DNA from: a virus
Taxonomy: Duplodnaviria > Caudoviricetes
Length of the DNA: 42,285 nt
Virus record (IMG/VR): IMGVR_UViG_3300037461_000299
Coordinates: 1 to 42,285 of that record
Strand: one strand, 5' to 3'
Shown here piece by piece: positions 7,649 through 16,874 of this stretch. A program made the position numbers and the translations under genes. Under the pieces are notes generated by a model. That model was not told the origin of the DNA. It ran no database searches and saw nothing but the letters and a program-made list of their open reading frames with translations. Within the stretch, counting starts at the first letter, position 1. Each line of letters opens with the position of its first letter.

Positions 7649-8913
7649 ATCTTTGCTCCTATTGAATTTAAATAACCATCCACAAATACCTCGTATATAT
7701 CCGCAACATCTGTTGCGGATAAACCGCCACTAACAAAAGCAAAAGCAAATTGTCCTACTTTTGGTTGGTCAATCGCATTTAATAGATTCAACGCGCCAAG
7801 ATAAAATGATACATCTGGCAATCCTACCGAATTTGAATTAGATGTATATCCTACTAAATCCTTGTAATTTGTTGATTGAGTAGAATTACTTCTTGTTACA
7901 ATTACCAAACCTGCTGTTGTACTATCAGGATGAGCATTCTGGCTTATTCCATTAAAATATGAGTCAACCTTCCCAGATTTATTATTGCTTAATGCACAAT
8001 ATTTATCAGGAGAAGTTCCTGCACCCATCATCCATGTTGTAGCATTATTAAAATCTCTGCAATAAAATCCCATAGCTGCACTATTCTGTAAAAAGGATTC
8101 TCCTTCTGATGATGGTGTAAAATTTAGATTCAAAACTTTACCAATTCCATCAGTTGTATAACCCCTATCAGTATCAAATGCAGGAGTACTTATCAAGGTG
8201 ATATTATGGCTATTATCTAATATATTGTATTTTGCAGACTTGTTACCATGAGCAGCAATCAACCATGCAGCATCTAATTTTGTCCAAAATGCCTTTGATT
8301 TGCCTAACTTAAAAGCAGCATCATAAACCAACTTTCTTCCAAATGCAGGATCTTCTGATTCTGCTAACATCCTATCAAATAAAGCCACAGCATCGCTATC
8401 TAATGGCAATGCCCTTCCTTGTCCTCTATTCCCTTTTGCTTCCCCGTATATAGATAATGTATTGTCCCACCACGGAGAGACAAGCATCATTTCCCTTAAT
8501 TCAATATCTTCTTCCTCTGTTAGTACTTCGCCAACTTTTAATATTATTATCTCTTCTATTGCATAAGGACTTTCAGAATTATATTTTACTATTGTTCTTT
8601 GGTAATCAATAGAAACTAATTCTAACTCAGTTACATCTTTCCAAGTAATCCCATCATTCTTTACCCATACAAATTCGGTATCGGCATCAATATAAGCCTG
8701 TGTTTGTGGAACTTGGAAAGTATAACTACCTACACTACCTCCGACAGTTATGTAGTCAGTAGCACCGCTTACAAGGTTAGGCATATGCCCTCCGCTTATG
8801 TCTGCTATCCTTCCGTAATAAAGTGCCTTTGCAAGAACCGAAGGACTTAAGCCTCCTCCTCCGCTCCCCTTGTTAAACCCTATCGGTATTCTCGAAACTG
8901 AAATTCCTGGCAT
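7645..8913 (-). CDS. virion fibre/spike-like protein with lectin-like C-terminal domain
   Basis: Gly-rich N-terminal leader; WTKLDA.W.IAAH...F..DRGYT..G...LNLNFTPS region typical of phage structural proteins. Confidence 0.55.
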   Translation of the reverse strand: MPGISVSRIPIGFNKGSGGGGLSPSVLAKALYYGRIADISGGHMPNLVSGATDYITVGGSVGSYTFQVPQTQAYIDADTEFVWVKNDGITWKDVTELELVSIDYQRTIVKYNSESPYAIEEIIILKVGEVLTEEEDIELREMMLVSPWWDNTLSIYGEAKGNRGQGRALPLDSDAVALFDRMLAESEDPAFGRKLVYDAAFKLGKSKAFWTKLDAAWLIAAHGNKSAKYNILDNSHNITLISTPAFDTDRGYTTDGIGKVLNLNFTPSSEGESFLQNSAAMGFYCRDFNNATTWMMGAGTSPDKYCALSNNKSGKVDSYFNGISQNAHPDSTTAGLVIVTRSNSTQSTNYKDLVGYTSNSNSVGLPDVSFYLGALNLLNAIDQPKVGQFAFAFVSGGLSATDVADIYEVFVDGYLNSIGAKI

Positions 8914-8914
8914 C

Positions 8915-10918
8915 TTACTCTATTTTAATTGGTACTCCACCACTTGTTATTATTGTACTCCCATTGCCGAAGATTGAAAAGGCAGGAGTAGTAAACTCAA
9001 TATCTGCCCCGTAGGACGTTCCCTCGCTGTTTGTAGCGTATGATCTCACATGATAAGTAGTTGACTTAACCAATGGTGAGATAGTACTTGTAAACGCACC
9101 TGTACCCGTACCATCGGTTGTCTTACTATCTGAAGTCGTAGGATTTGCTGATGTTGACCAACAGACTCCTCGTGCTGTGACAGCACCACCATTCTCTGTT
9201 ATATTACCTCCTGAAGTAGCACCACGAGTCCAAATGGTTGAGATGGCTGTCGTGGAAAGGACTGGAAGACCTGGGGGATCGTCTGGAGGGGCAGAGTCGT
9301 ATTCATAAGCTCCGATATCAGGGGAAGCACCAACAGCATTACCTTCATAGTCCAATGTTAAACCAACACCTATCCCAGCATCAATAGCAGGAGATCCTTC
9401 TGTTAAATGAAAGTCAGACGATGAAACAAAAGCAGGATTACTTGTCAGGTTATTAGTATGAGTGTATATTGTCGGCGTTACATTAGTAAATCCTATTGTA
9501 GTTCCACCTGTATTATAAAAGATATTATTGTTTACTGTTAGATTTGCTATTGTCCCTCCTGCTGTATTTCGATTAAAAGATATTTGAGTCCCCCATGCTA
9601 GGGTATGGACGATGTTATTATTGATAGATATGTCATCAAATGTACCGACATGATTCCACCTGATGAATGATTCCGAAGTCCCTCCGTAGGCTACATTGTT
9701 ATTTATATTAATGTCGTCAACAAAGAAGTCATAACCCGTTGTATTTAGACTTGAAAATAAAATAGGGACAGCCGTATAGTCTGTGTAACCTATCGTTTCA
9801 AATATATTGTAAGCAATAGTAATGTCCCTGAAATAGACATCGTATTTCGTATATGCAGTATCCTCATTTGGCCCGTACCACCAAACACCTACAGGATAAT
9901 TCTTAAAGTAATTTCTTGTAATCTCAACACCTTCACAATATCCTCTTTCTTCTAACCCTATGCCCTGTCCTTCATGTCCACCACCATAAGCAATAGGAGC
10001 AGTAACCAAGAAATCATTATTGTAAATCTTTAGCCCATAATCATAATCACCTTTTCTTACATCAACAATATCAATAGTTGCAGCACCGTTATAAGTATTG
10101 TTATAGATTTCTCCTCCACCTTCCCAATACCATAACTCATGGTGGAAGTTCCATGAAGGTACGTTTTCATCTAACTTGGTAAAAACATTGTCGTGAATCT
10201 TTAATCCTTTATTATGACTACCACCGACTGACTTGCCATTATACCCTACATCTAATTGAGTATTAGTGATTACATTATCATAAACAAGGCAGTCTATCTG
10301 TCCGAGAATTGAAATAGAATTGCCTCCTTCAGTCCAAGGAATATCTACACTCGATGCGTTATTAAAAGTACAACTATGAACTATATTGTCGTTTGAATAA
10401 TAAATTGTTGGGAGGATTGCCTCATCAACACTTGATAAGTTAACTCCGTCAAAGTTCCAATTAGTGAAAGTACAGTTAACTATTTCTACATTATTTCTGT
10501 ATCTGACACATATTCCTCTTTGCCCTGTGCTGTTTACCCCATCAAAGGTAATGTCACTTATTACTTGATTACCGTCTGTTCCAGGTGAAGCAGTATAAAG
10601 ATAAAGCGACCCTTCATAATAACTATCCGGTGTATAGGTAGATGAAATAGTTGTTGATGACTGTCCTGCACCATCAAGATTGACTCCGGCTGCAAGTTCC
10701 ATTCTCACATCGCCCTCTGCAAATGTCCCTGCGCCTACGTGGATTGTATGTGTTCCTGCCGATACCTGTGAACAGGCATAGTCAACCGTTAGCCATGCCC
10801 CTCCAGATGTATTGGTAAGTCCATTGTTAGAGTTAGAACCGTCTGTCCTAACGTAGTAATCCGTTGCTCTGACAGAGAGAGAAAGCAGAAGAAATAATAT
10901 GGTTAGAGTTTTTCTCAT
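8915..10918 (-). CDS. signal-peptide-bearing right-handed beta-helix protein with FN3-like C-terminal domain
   Basis: MRKTLTILFLLLSLSVRA|TDYYV..DGSNSNNG; N-rich beta-helix repeats; DFHL..GSPAIDAG..PDIGAYEY; SGGNIT..GG.VTARGVCWST...TYHVRSYATNSEGTSYG. Confidence 0.8.
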   Translation of the reverse strand: MRKTLTILFLLLSLSVRATDYYVRTDGSNSNNGLTNTSGGAWLTVDYACSQVSAGTHTIHVGAGTFAEGDVRMELAAGVNLDGAGQSSTTISSTYTPDSYYEGSLYLYTASPGTDGNQVISDITFDGVNSTGQRGICVRYRNNVEIVNCTFTNWNFDGVNLSSVDEAILPTIYYSNDNIVHSCTFNNASSVDIPWTEGGNSISILGQIDCLVYDNVITNTQLDVGYNGKSVGGSHNKGLKIHDNVFTKLDENVPSWNFHHELWYWEGGGEIYNNTYNGAATIDIVDVRKGDYDYGLKIYNNDFLVTAPIAYGGGHEGQGIGLEERGYCEGVEITRNYFKNYPVGVWWYGPNEDTAYTKYDVYFRDITIAYNIFETIGYTDYTAVPILFSSLNTTGYDFFVDDININNNVAYGGTSESFIRWNHVGTFDDISINNNIVHTLAWGTQISFNRNTAGGTIANLTVNNNIFYNTGGTTIGFTNVTPTIYTHTNNLTSNPAFVSSSDFHLTEGSPAIDAGIGVGLTLDYEGNAVGASPDIGAYEYDSAPPDDPPGLPVLSTTAISTIWTRGATSGGNITENGGAVTARGVCWSTSANPTTSDSKTTDGTGTGAFTSTISPLVKSTTYHVRSYATNSEGTSYGADIEFTTPAFSIFGNGSTIITSGGVPIKIE

Positions 10919-11481
10919 TTATTTAAATATAATCTGAACGCCCAATCTCTCCCAGTATATTCTTCCCATGCCGCAGAGTTCCATTTATCAGCACCAAAAT
11001 CAACACACCAATATGTACCCCCAGCATAACTACCCGCTGAGTGCATCCTTGCAGTAATTGTTCCTGAAGTACAATAAGCAGCAAAATAATATTTAGTACC
11101 GGATGTTAAAACAGGATTGCTTGCTGATGTTGAAGTAATCCATGATTGCGATCCTCCTGTATTAACTGTCGTTACTATTCTTTCTAAATAAGAAGAGAAA
11201 TTAATACTTGTGCTGATTCTAACCTCAAAAGTAGCGTCTGATGAATTTGTCCCTAATATATCAATACAGTTAAGAGTGCCGGTAAAGGTAGGGGTAAATG
11301 ACTGACCTAAATAATATCCACCAGTACCAAGCGTTCTATCATATTCACTTGTAGTTTGAGATCCGTCTAATGTTTTAATAGTAGATGCTTTTCTCTTTTG
11401 TGCAGATACTACTCCTACATTTAATTGAGCATTTAATGTAAAAGTTAAAAGTAACCCGATAAGAATAAATAGTTTTTTCAT
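10915..11481 (-). CDS. signal-peptide-bearing beta-sandwich protein (fibre-tip/adhesin candidate)
   Basis: Start 11481 MKKLFILIGLLLTFTLNA|QLNVGVVSAQ; GQSFT...LTSGTKYYF...DWAFRLY pattern. Confidence 0.7.
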   Translation of the reverse strand: MKKLFILIGLLLTFTLNAQLNVGVVSAQKRKASTIKTLDGSQTTSEYDRTLGTGGYYLGQSFTPTFTGTLNCIDILGTNSSDATFEVRISTSINFSSYLERIVTTVNTGGSQSWITSTSASNPVLTSGTKYYFAAYCTSGTITARMHSAGSYAGGTYWCVDFGADKWNSAAWEEYTGRDWAFRLYLNK

Positions 11482-13685
11482 TAGTCCTCCAATCTTCCTA
11501 TAAATTCCCATTTATCTGTTGCCTGTTTTATTAACTGAACCCATGAGTATCTTGTGTTCATTGTAAGAGAATCCAGTGGTGCTTTAAATACCACACCCGA
11601 TTCGGGAAGAAACTTAACAATCCCTGCACCGTCTTGCTTAACTGTAATCACCGTTCCAATAGGAAAAGCGACACTTGAATTTAGCGGTACTGTTATTCGC
11701 TGCCACGTAGTTCTATAAGCTCTAATTGTTTTCCCTGCATCAGTCAAAGCAAGTGTGTAAGTGGCATCCGTTACTCTTAACGTATCCGTAACTAATTTTG
11801 CGACTTTACTTGTTAATTGAGTTTGTATTGCAGAAGTAACCCCATCTAAATAGTTAAATTCAGTTATACTTACTAATGCATTTGGTTGTAATGTTCCATC
11901 AGTTAAAATGTTATTACTATAAATAGTTCCAACCCCATTATCATCAAATGCAGATGCACTTCCATCTAAATCATTATTAAATATTCTTGTGTAATCACAA
12001 TCTGAGTCTCCTATTCTAATGGCCACAGAAGATGAACTTATTTCGTTATTACTAATTAAATTTCTATCTACATGACCAACCCTTATCCCAACGACTGTAT
12101 TTATCTTATTTCCCTGTATTATAAGATTATGTCCCTGTGCCAAAATACCAACAACTTCTGCATCTGTTGATTGTATAATGTTATTAGATATGATACAATT
12201 ATTTGATAAAACAGCAATAGCTCCCCATAATGTAGGTAAAGTTATCCCACTTATTTTATTTTCTGTAATTATTTGATCTACTCGATTAGCTGCGATATGT
12301 ATAGCAACCGCTCCTCCGACAATGATATTTTTTGCTATTAAATTTCCCGCCCCTACACCATCTGCATCTTCAACGGCTATTCCCCAATTAGAACTTACAT
12401 CACCCAATACCCCATCATTATCGTGTATGTAATTATCAGTGACACGACAGTTTTGTCCTATAATACTAATCCCTATGTCCCCTGTATGGCTTATATCGTT
12501 ATTAATAGCGAATAGATTATTTGCAGTAATATGGTTACCTAATGTAATTGCGTTCCAATTACAAGTGGTAAGGTAACTATTAATTACTCCAGACGAAATA
12601 CACGCCTCTGCGAAATAAACGCCAAACTCAATGCAATTATAAATATACGCCCTTTCAATTACCACGTTAGTAACATTTTCACAAAAAATACCTGCTGCAT
12701 CTGGATTTAACATTAATGCCTGTTTTGTAGAATTACCATCTATTTCTATATCAATAATATTCCAATTACTTATGTTAGTTAAATGGATAATCGAATAATC
12801 ATTTATTAAATTTGTTAATCCATCTCCAGCAGTTAGTTTTGCCCCTTTCTCAAAGATTAGATTTATATTAGAATTTCCACCATCAACTATTTCGGCAGTT
12901 ATTGTATAATTCTTTCTCTTAAAATAAATATCGCCTCCATTTGTTAGTGCTGCAATAGCTTGATTAATTACCGTTGCCGCTACTGTCCCTGTATAAGAAC
13001 TCAATCCGCTCCCCGCTTTTGCTGTTGCATAAACCGTCCCAGCAATAGTGTCTATCACATAAGAATAACTTGAAAGATTTAAACTACTTGCATCTACCGG
13101 AGAAGTCCATGCTGGTAAAGCAGAAGCCCCTGCTGATACTGGTATCTGTCCCGAAGTTCCTGCCCCTATGTTCTGCAAAGCACCTGTTGTTGTTGTGCCT
13201 CCTGCGAGAAGTCCGTAAGCTGTTGTCGATACTACTCCTGTGCCTCCCTGTGCTACTGTCACTGCTGCATTAGTAGTCAGAATACTTGTAGTTGCATCGG
13301 GTAAGGTATAAGTCTTTGTGCTTCCTGTTGCCCCTGTAAAAGAAGTGTAGTTATTACTTGCATTTGCCTTTGCGTTTAACTGAGTCTGAATAGCTGAAGT
13401 GACATTATCCAAGTAGCCTAATTCAGTTGAAGATACGTTACCTATTGAAGTAGTTGAAGGCAATCCGACTATGCCTGTAAAAGTAGGATTTGCCTTTGGT
13501 GCTTTTAAAGGGATTTTAATTGTGTGAGCATTGATAGTATCAATACCTATATTGACCTTAGTGAAGGCAGCACGTAGATTATCTCCAGTCCCATCGCCTC
13601 CGGTCGTTCCTACATTTACTTTCGTGATCTGTCCACTTAAGGAAAGACTCAAAAGAAGTAACCCAAAAATCAGTATCTTTTTCAT
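11481..13685 (-). CDS. tail fibre/spike protein with signal peptide, T4 gp9/gp10-like N-terminal motif and beta-helix
   Basis: MKKILIFGLLLLSLSLSG|QITKVNVGTTGGDGTGDNLRAAFTKVN; beta-helix; C-terminal TYTLALTDAGK..VAFPIGT..LIK.ATDKW..G.L fibre domain. Confidence 0.8.
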   Translation of the reverse strand: MKKILIFGLLLLSLSLSGQITKVNVGTTGGDGTGDNLRAAFTKVNIGIDTINAHTIKIPLKAPKANPTFTGIVGLPSTTSIGNVSSTELGYLDNVTSAIQTQLNAKANASNNYTSFTGATGSTKTYTLPDATTSILTTNAAVTVAQGGTGVVSTTAYGLLAGGTTTTGALQNIGAGTSGQIPVSAGASALPAWTSPVDASSLNLSSYSYVIDTIAGTVYATAKAGSGLSSYTGTVAATVINQAIAALTNGGDIYFKRKNYTITAEIVDGGNSNINLIFEKGAKLTAGDGLTNLINDYSIIHLTNISNWNIIDIEIDGNSTKQALMLNPDAAGIFCENVTNVVIERAYIYNCIEFGVYFAEACISSGVINSYLTTCNWNAITLGNHITANNLFAINNDISHTGDIGISIIGQNCRVTDNYIHDNDGVLGDVSSNWGIAVEDADGVGAGNLIAKNIIVGGAVAIHIAANRVDQIITENKISGITLPTLWGAIAVLSNNCIISNNIIQSTDAEVVGILAQGHNLIIQGNKINTVVGIRVGHVDRNLISNNEISSSSVAIRIGDSDCDYTRIFNNDLDGSASAFDDNGVGTIYSNNILTDGTLQPNALVSITEFNYLDGVTSAIQTQLTSKVAKLVTDTLRVTDATYTLALTDAGKTIRAYRTTWQRITVPLNSSVAFPIGTVITVKQDGAGIVKFLPESGVVFKAPLDSLTMNTRYSWVQLIKQATDKWEFIGRLED

Positions 13686-13813
13686 TCGCTGTCAACTGTT
13701 ATGTCAATGTTATCCGCTGTAATATCAATATCGTCTGCTGTTATTCCTGTCTCTGCATCAATCTGAGTCAGGACGAAAACCTTTGGAATATGTGTCAGTT
13801 CATAAATTTTCAT
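13682..13813 (-). CDS. 43-aa peptide with three IT[AV]D repeats (fibre anchor candidate)
   Basis: MKIYELTHIPKVFVLTQIDAETGITADDIDITADNIDITVDSE*; ATGA-coupled at both ends. Confidence 0.75.
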   Translation of the reverse strand: MKIYELTHIPKVFVLTQIDAETGITADDIDITADNIDITVDSE

Positions 13814-14145
13814 GTCACATCTTCTTCAACTATTATTATCCCCTTCTGGATGGTCATTACTGTTGATCCGGAAGTTAATTGAATGTCATACTTATATTTT
13901 CCAGCTATTATTATTGCGGATGTTTGTACCCTTAATGTCGAAGTAGAAATAGTAATTGCCGGGGAAGTTCCAATAGTTGATAATGTTTTAACAGCAGTGC
14001 CGGATGAGTCTTTTATGACCATGTCAATCTGTTTGCCGGTCATGTCGTAAGCGACCCCGTTCAACTTAACTGAATAGCTAAGATCAATGGTATCATTTCT
14101 GACTACCGAAATATCAGCTACATCATATTTGACATTATGGTCCAT
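13810..14145 (-). CDS. BppU N-terminal-like baseplate/fibre adaptor
   Basis: RNDT....YDMTG....M.IK...GKYKYDIQLT.....TI.KG...VEEDVT pattern. Confidence 0.6.
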   Translation of the reverse strand: MDHNVKYDVADISVVRNDTIDLSYSVKLNGVAYDMTGKQIDMVIKDSSGTAVKTLSTIGTSPAITISTSTLRVQTSAIIIAGKYKYDIQLTSGSTVMTIQKGIIIVEEDVT

Positions 14146-14444
14146 TAGAAGCTATTTGACTCAAGATAAAGGATAACGCTATCTGTTGCACCTGTAAGGG
14201 TAATGTCTACAACAGGGAACTCAAAAGGAACATAATCTCCTTTTATTAAAGCAATTCCTTCCCATGTCTTTGTCGTTACTGCAACAGCAGCAGCATTGCC
14301 TCGCCTTTCGCTTAGAGTCGCTACTATTGTACCATCAACCCTTACTACCATTGCGTAAGCTGAAAACCCTGTCGGTATAGTGAATTTTGTTGCCCCTACA
14401 ACCATTTCAGCTCTCTTTCCTACAATCCTATTTAATTCATTCAT
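14145..14444 (-). CDS. small structural protein (head spike base-like candidate)
   Basis: 99-aa beta-rich protein ending ITLTGATDSVILY, within the structural operon. Confidence 0.5.
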   Translation of the reverse strand: MNELNRIVGKRAEMVVGATKFTIPTGFSAYAMVVRVDGTIVATLSERRGNAAAVAVTTKTWEGIALIKGDYVPFEFPVVDITLTGATDSVILYLESNSF

Positions 14445-14454
14445 ATCATTAATT

Positions 14455-15012
14455 TTAAGTATCGCTTGCTTCTGTTAAACTTCCGTTTCTGTCTGTTATG
14501 TAATGTGCATCCATGTATGCTATTGCAATCTCGTTTCCTGTGGTCCACCAATTAGTACCGTCTGCCGGTGCTGCTGCTGTCAATTTTACCAAAAGAATAT
14601 CTGAATAAGACTCAGTTCCTGGATGTGTTAAGTTCTGAATCATAAAACTCAGTTTTAGTTTATACTGATCCGTTGTTGCCAGAGTAATATCCGGCACTGT
14701 ACCTGTATTTGGTAGTGTATCGGGTATTACTGTATCATGATTATACCAACCCCATGCGTAAGTAAAAGCGATATCACCATCCTTTGCTACAATAGGAATA
14801 TAGTGAAGGTGAACCGAATCCAGCCTAGACCCTAGCTTCTTTCTGTGAGGCATCTGGAAGATCATAGAAAATACATCTCCTGAAGTAACATGAGGCATTA
14901 CAATTCCTGTTGTCCTTATTTGTTTCGGAGTAAAGGCAGTAACACCTGTCAGGGCAGTTCCTAGAATACCCTGAATATCATCATGCGCTGGATATGCTCT
15001 TTGTAATCCCAT
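14455..15012 (-). CDS. structural protein, beta-sandwich-like
   Basis: ORF in the fibre cluster; FQMPH.KK.GS....HLHY pattern. Confidence 0.6.
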   Translation of the reverse strand: MGLQRAYPAHDDIQGILGTALTGVTAFTPKQIRTTGIVMPHVTSGDVFSMIFQMPHRKKLGSRLDSVHLHYIPIVAKDGDIAFTYAWGWYNHDTVIPDTLPNTGTVPDITLATTDQYKLKLSFMIQNLTHPGTESYSDILLVKLTAAAPADGTNWWTTGNEIAIAYMDAHYITDRNGSLTEASDT

Positions 15013-16862
15013 TATACGTGCGTTACATCAATTACAGTTATATATACACTTAATGACCCTGCGGTAACCTGGTCCCAATTAGCACCGGGTGTAAAATTTC
15101 CATAAACATTTGTTGCAGCGGCAGCAGGAGTAGCTATGAAAGCACCGGCATTAGCAGCAGCAAGTATAGCCTGTGCAGCGTAAACAGTACCCGAAGCTAT
15201 TAGCTCATCACCTCCCGAAGTAGTACCAAAGTCAGCAGCCAATGAGACTGCCCCAGTAAAGACAGCATCTGTATGGCTGAATATATCTACCAACCTTGCT
15301 TTAGCCGGTATTAATGCGCCAAGATTAATGACCTGTTCTGTTTGGTTAGCTGCTGAAGTGAAGTTAAAGTCAACACCTCCAAGACCTGGCGCACCTATTG
15401 TCTTTTTGATTGTTCTTACTGACTTATAAGTATCAAGCTGGTCAATCATCTGAAATACCGTCCCAGTCTTTGTAACAGTAACCGGACTGCCTGACATCTG
15501 AGCCTCAAACCCTATTGCTGCATCTAAAGCATCTATATTAGCGTTCACTGAATTAGCAACCGCAATAGTTCCGGCAGTACGTGTACCGGCAGGAGAGGGA
15601 TCAGCCCCTATCACTGTATCCAGAAGATCAATATTGTCATTAACGGTATTCCCTGCAACAAGCTGGCCGACTGTTCTTGTTACTGGAGTAGGATTTGCAC
15701 CTATGTTATCCAGGTAAGAAATTGTCATACCCGTTAATGTCTCTGTTCCTGCCATTAATTGCTTATACGAGATTGCATCAATATAAAGCGTTTTAACTGC
15801 AACAATAGAAAATGTCTTTGAACTTGTAAATGTGCAGTTCTTGATAGTCTGATTTAATGTAGGCGTTGTATTGATGTCATTCTCAAAACTGGTATTATTA
15901 CAGTTATATAACTCTACTTGAGTTGCTGAACTATCCTGCTTTGCTATCTTGCACTTAATAACATTATATGCAAAACTTTCTAACATTAAATAAGCTGTTG
16001 GGTCAGCAGTATAACAAGATATAAATTTACTTGAATTAGAGAAATAAGCATTTTGTAATCCAACTACCCATGACCCGCTTGAATCTGCTGTTGATGTTCC
16101 TACGCTTACATTACCAGCAACTTCGACTCCTGTAAAATTTACATACATTAAAGAAGCGTTATTTCTGGTCATTACGATATTACCTGAAATATAACCCCTC
16201 CTACCTCTGTACGCCCTGGAACTTGGAGAACCAATAAACTCTACTTTTGAATAATCATCTGTCACTGGCCCTCCGACCTGTGTGGTAGTTATATTAATTT
16301 GTCCGGATAATGTAGCACCATTTAATTGAATACCTAAATATTTCATATTACCAATAGTAATAATATCAGAGTAAATTCCCCCTAATACATTTATTACATA
16401 TCGAGTTGTGTCATAAGCTACCTGCGTGCCGAGTGCTATCTGTGCGTTTGCTAATATCTGGATGGCCTCAACAGCAGCCTTTACTGTCTTATATGGTTTG
16501 GCTTCACTACCATTTGGTGTATATGGATCAGTGCGAGAACCATCAACATTAAATGAATAGTTAAGAGCTGAATCTCCTTCATTAACTACCTGGTAAGGAG
16601 TAACTAACCATGTGCCAAGAATATCATCTTGTAGTTTTGCGCCTTCCCATTGATTTAGGTAAAATATAGATCCCCCATCTATATAATCACCAACAACAGG
16701 GCAAATAGCTACTGCTCCTGACCCTATATTCTTAATGATAAGTTCCCGGCTATTCCCGGATGACTTATTTAAACTTAAGGCTATTGTACTTGATGAATTA
16801 CATATAATATATTCATCAGTTATTAGTACTGTCCCGCTTGCTGTTACTGTTCTTGTCTCCAT
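15012..16862 (-). CDS. fibre/spike-like structural protein
   Basis: N-terminal fibre-type domain, GS..KPYKTV.AA motif, repeated V..NID.LD..IG helices. Confidence 0.65.
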   Translation of the reverse strand: METRTVTASGTVLITDEYIICNSSSTIALSLNKSSGNSRELIIKNIGSGAVAICPVVGDYIDGGSIFYLNQWEGAKLQDDILGTWLVTPYQVVNEGDSALNYSFNVDGSRTDPYTPNGSEAKPYKTVKAAVEAIQILANAQIALGTQVAYDTTRYVINVLGGIYSDIITIGNMKYLGIQLNGATLSGQINITTTQVGGPVTDDYSKVEFIGSPSSRAYRGRRGYISGNIVMTRNNASLMYVNFTGVEVAGNVSVGTSTADSSGSWVVGLQNAYFSNSSKFISCYTADPTAYLMLESFAYNVIKCKIAKQDSSATQVELYNCNNTSFENDINTTPTLNQTIKNCTFTSSKTFSIVAVKTLYIDAISYKQLMAGTETLTGMTISYLDNIGANPTPVTRTVGQLVAGNTVNDNIDLLDTVIGADPSPAGTRTAGTIAVANSVNANIDALDAAIGFEAQMSGSPVTVTKTGTVFQMIDQLDTYKSVRTIKKTIGAPGLGGVDFNFTSAANQTEQVINLGALIPAKARLVDIFSHTDAVFTGAVSLAADFGTTSGGDELIASGTVYAAQAILAAANAGAFIATPAAAATNVYGNFTPGANWDQVTAGSLSVYITVIDVTHV

Positions 16863-16874
16863 TATCTTTATTTA

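Noticed and set aside
6668-16862. Diversity-generating retroelement or invertible shufflon acting on fibre genes
   Set aside because: No reverse transcriptase or invertase, and no template/variable repeat pair or inverted crossover sites seen by eye; a self dot-plot would confirm.
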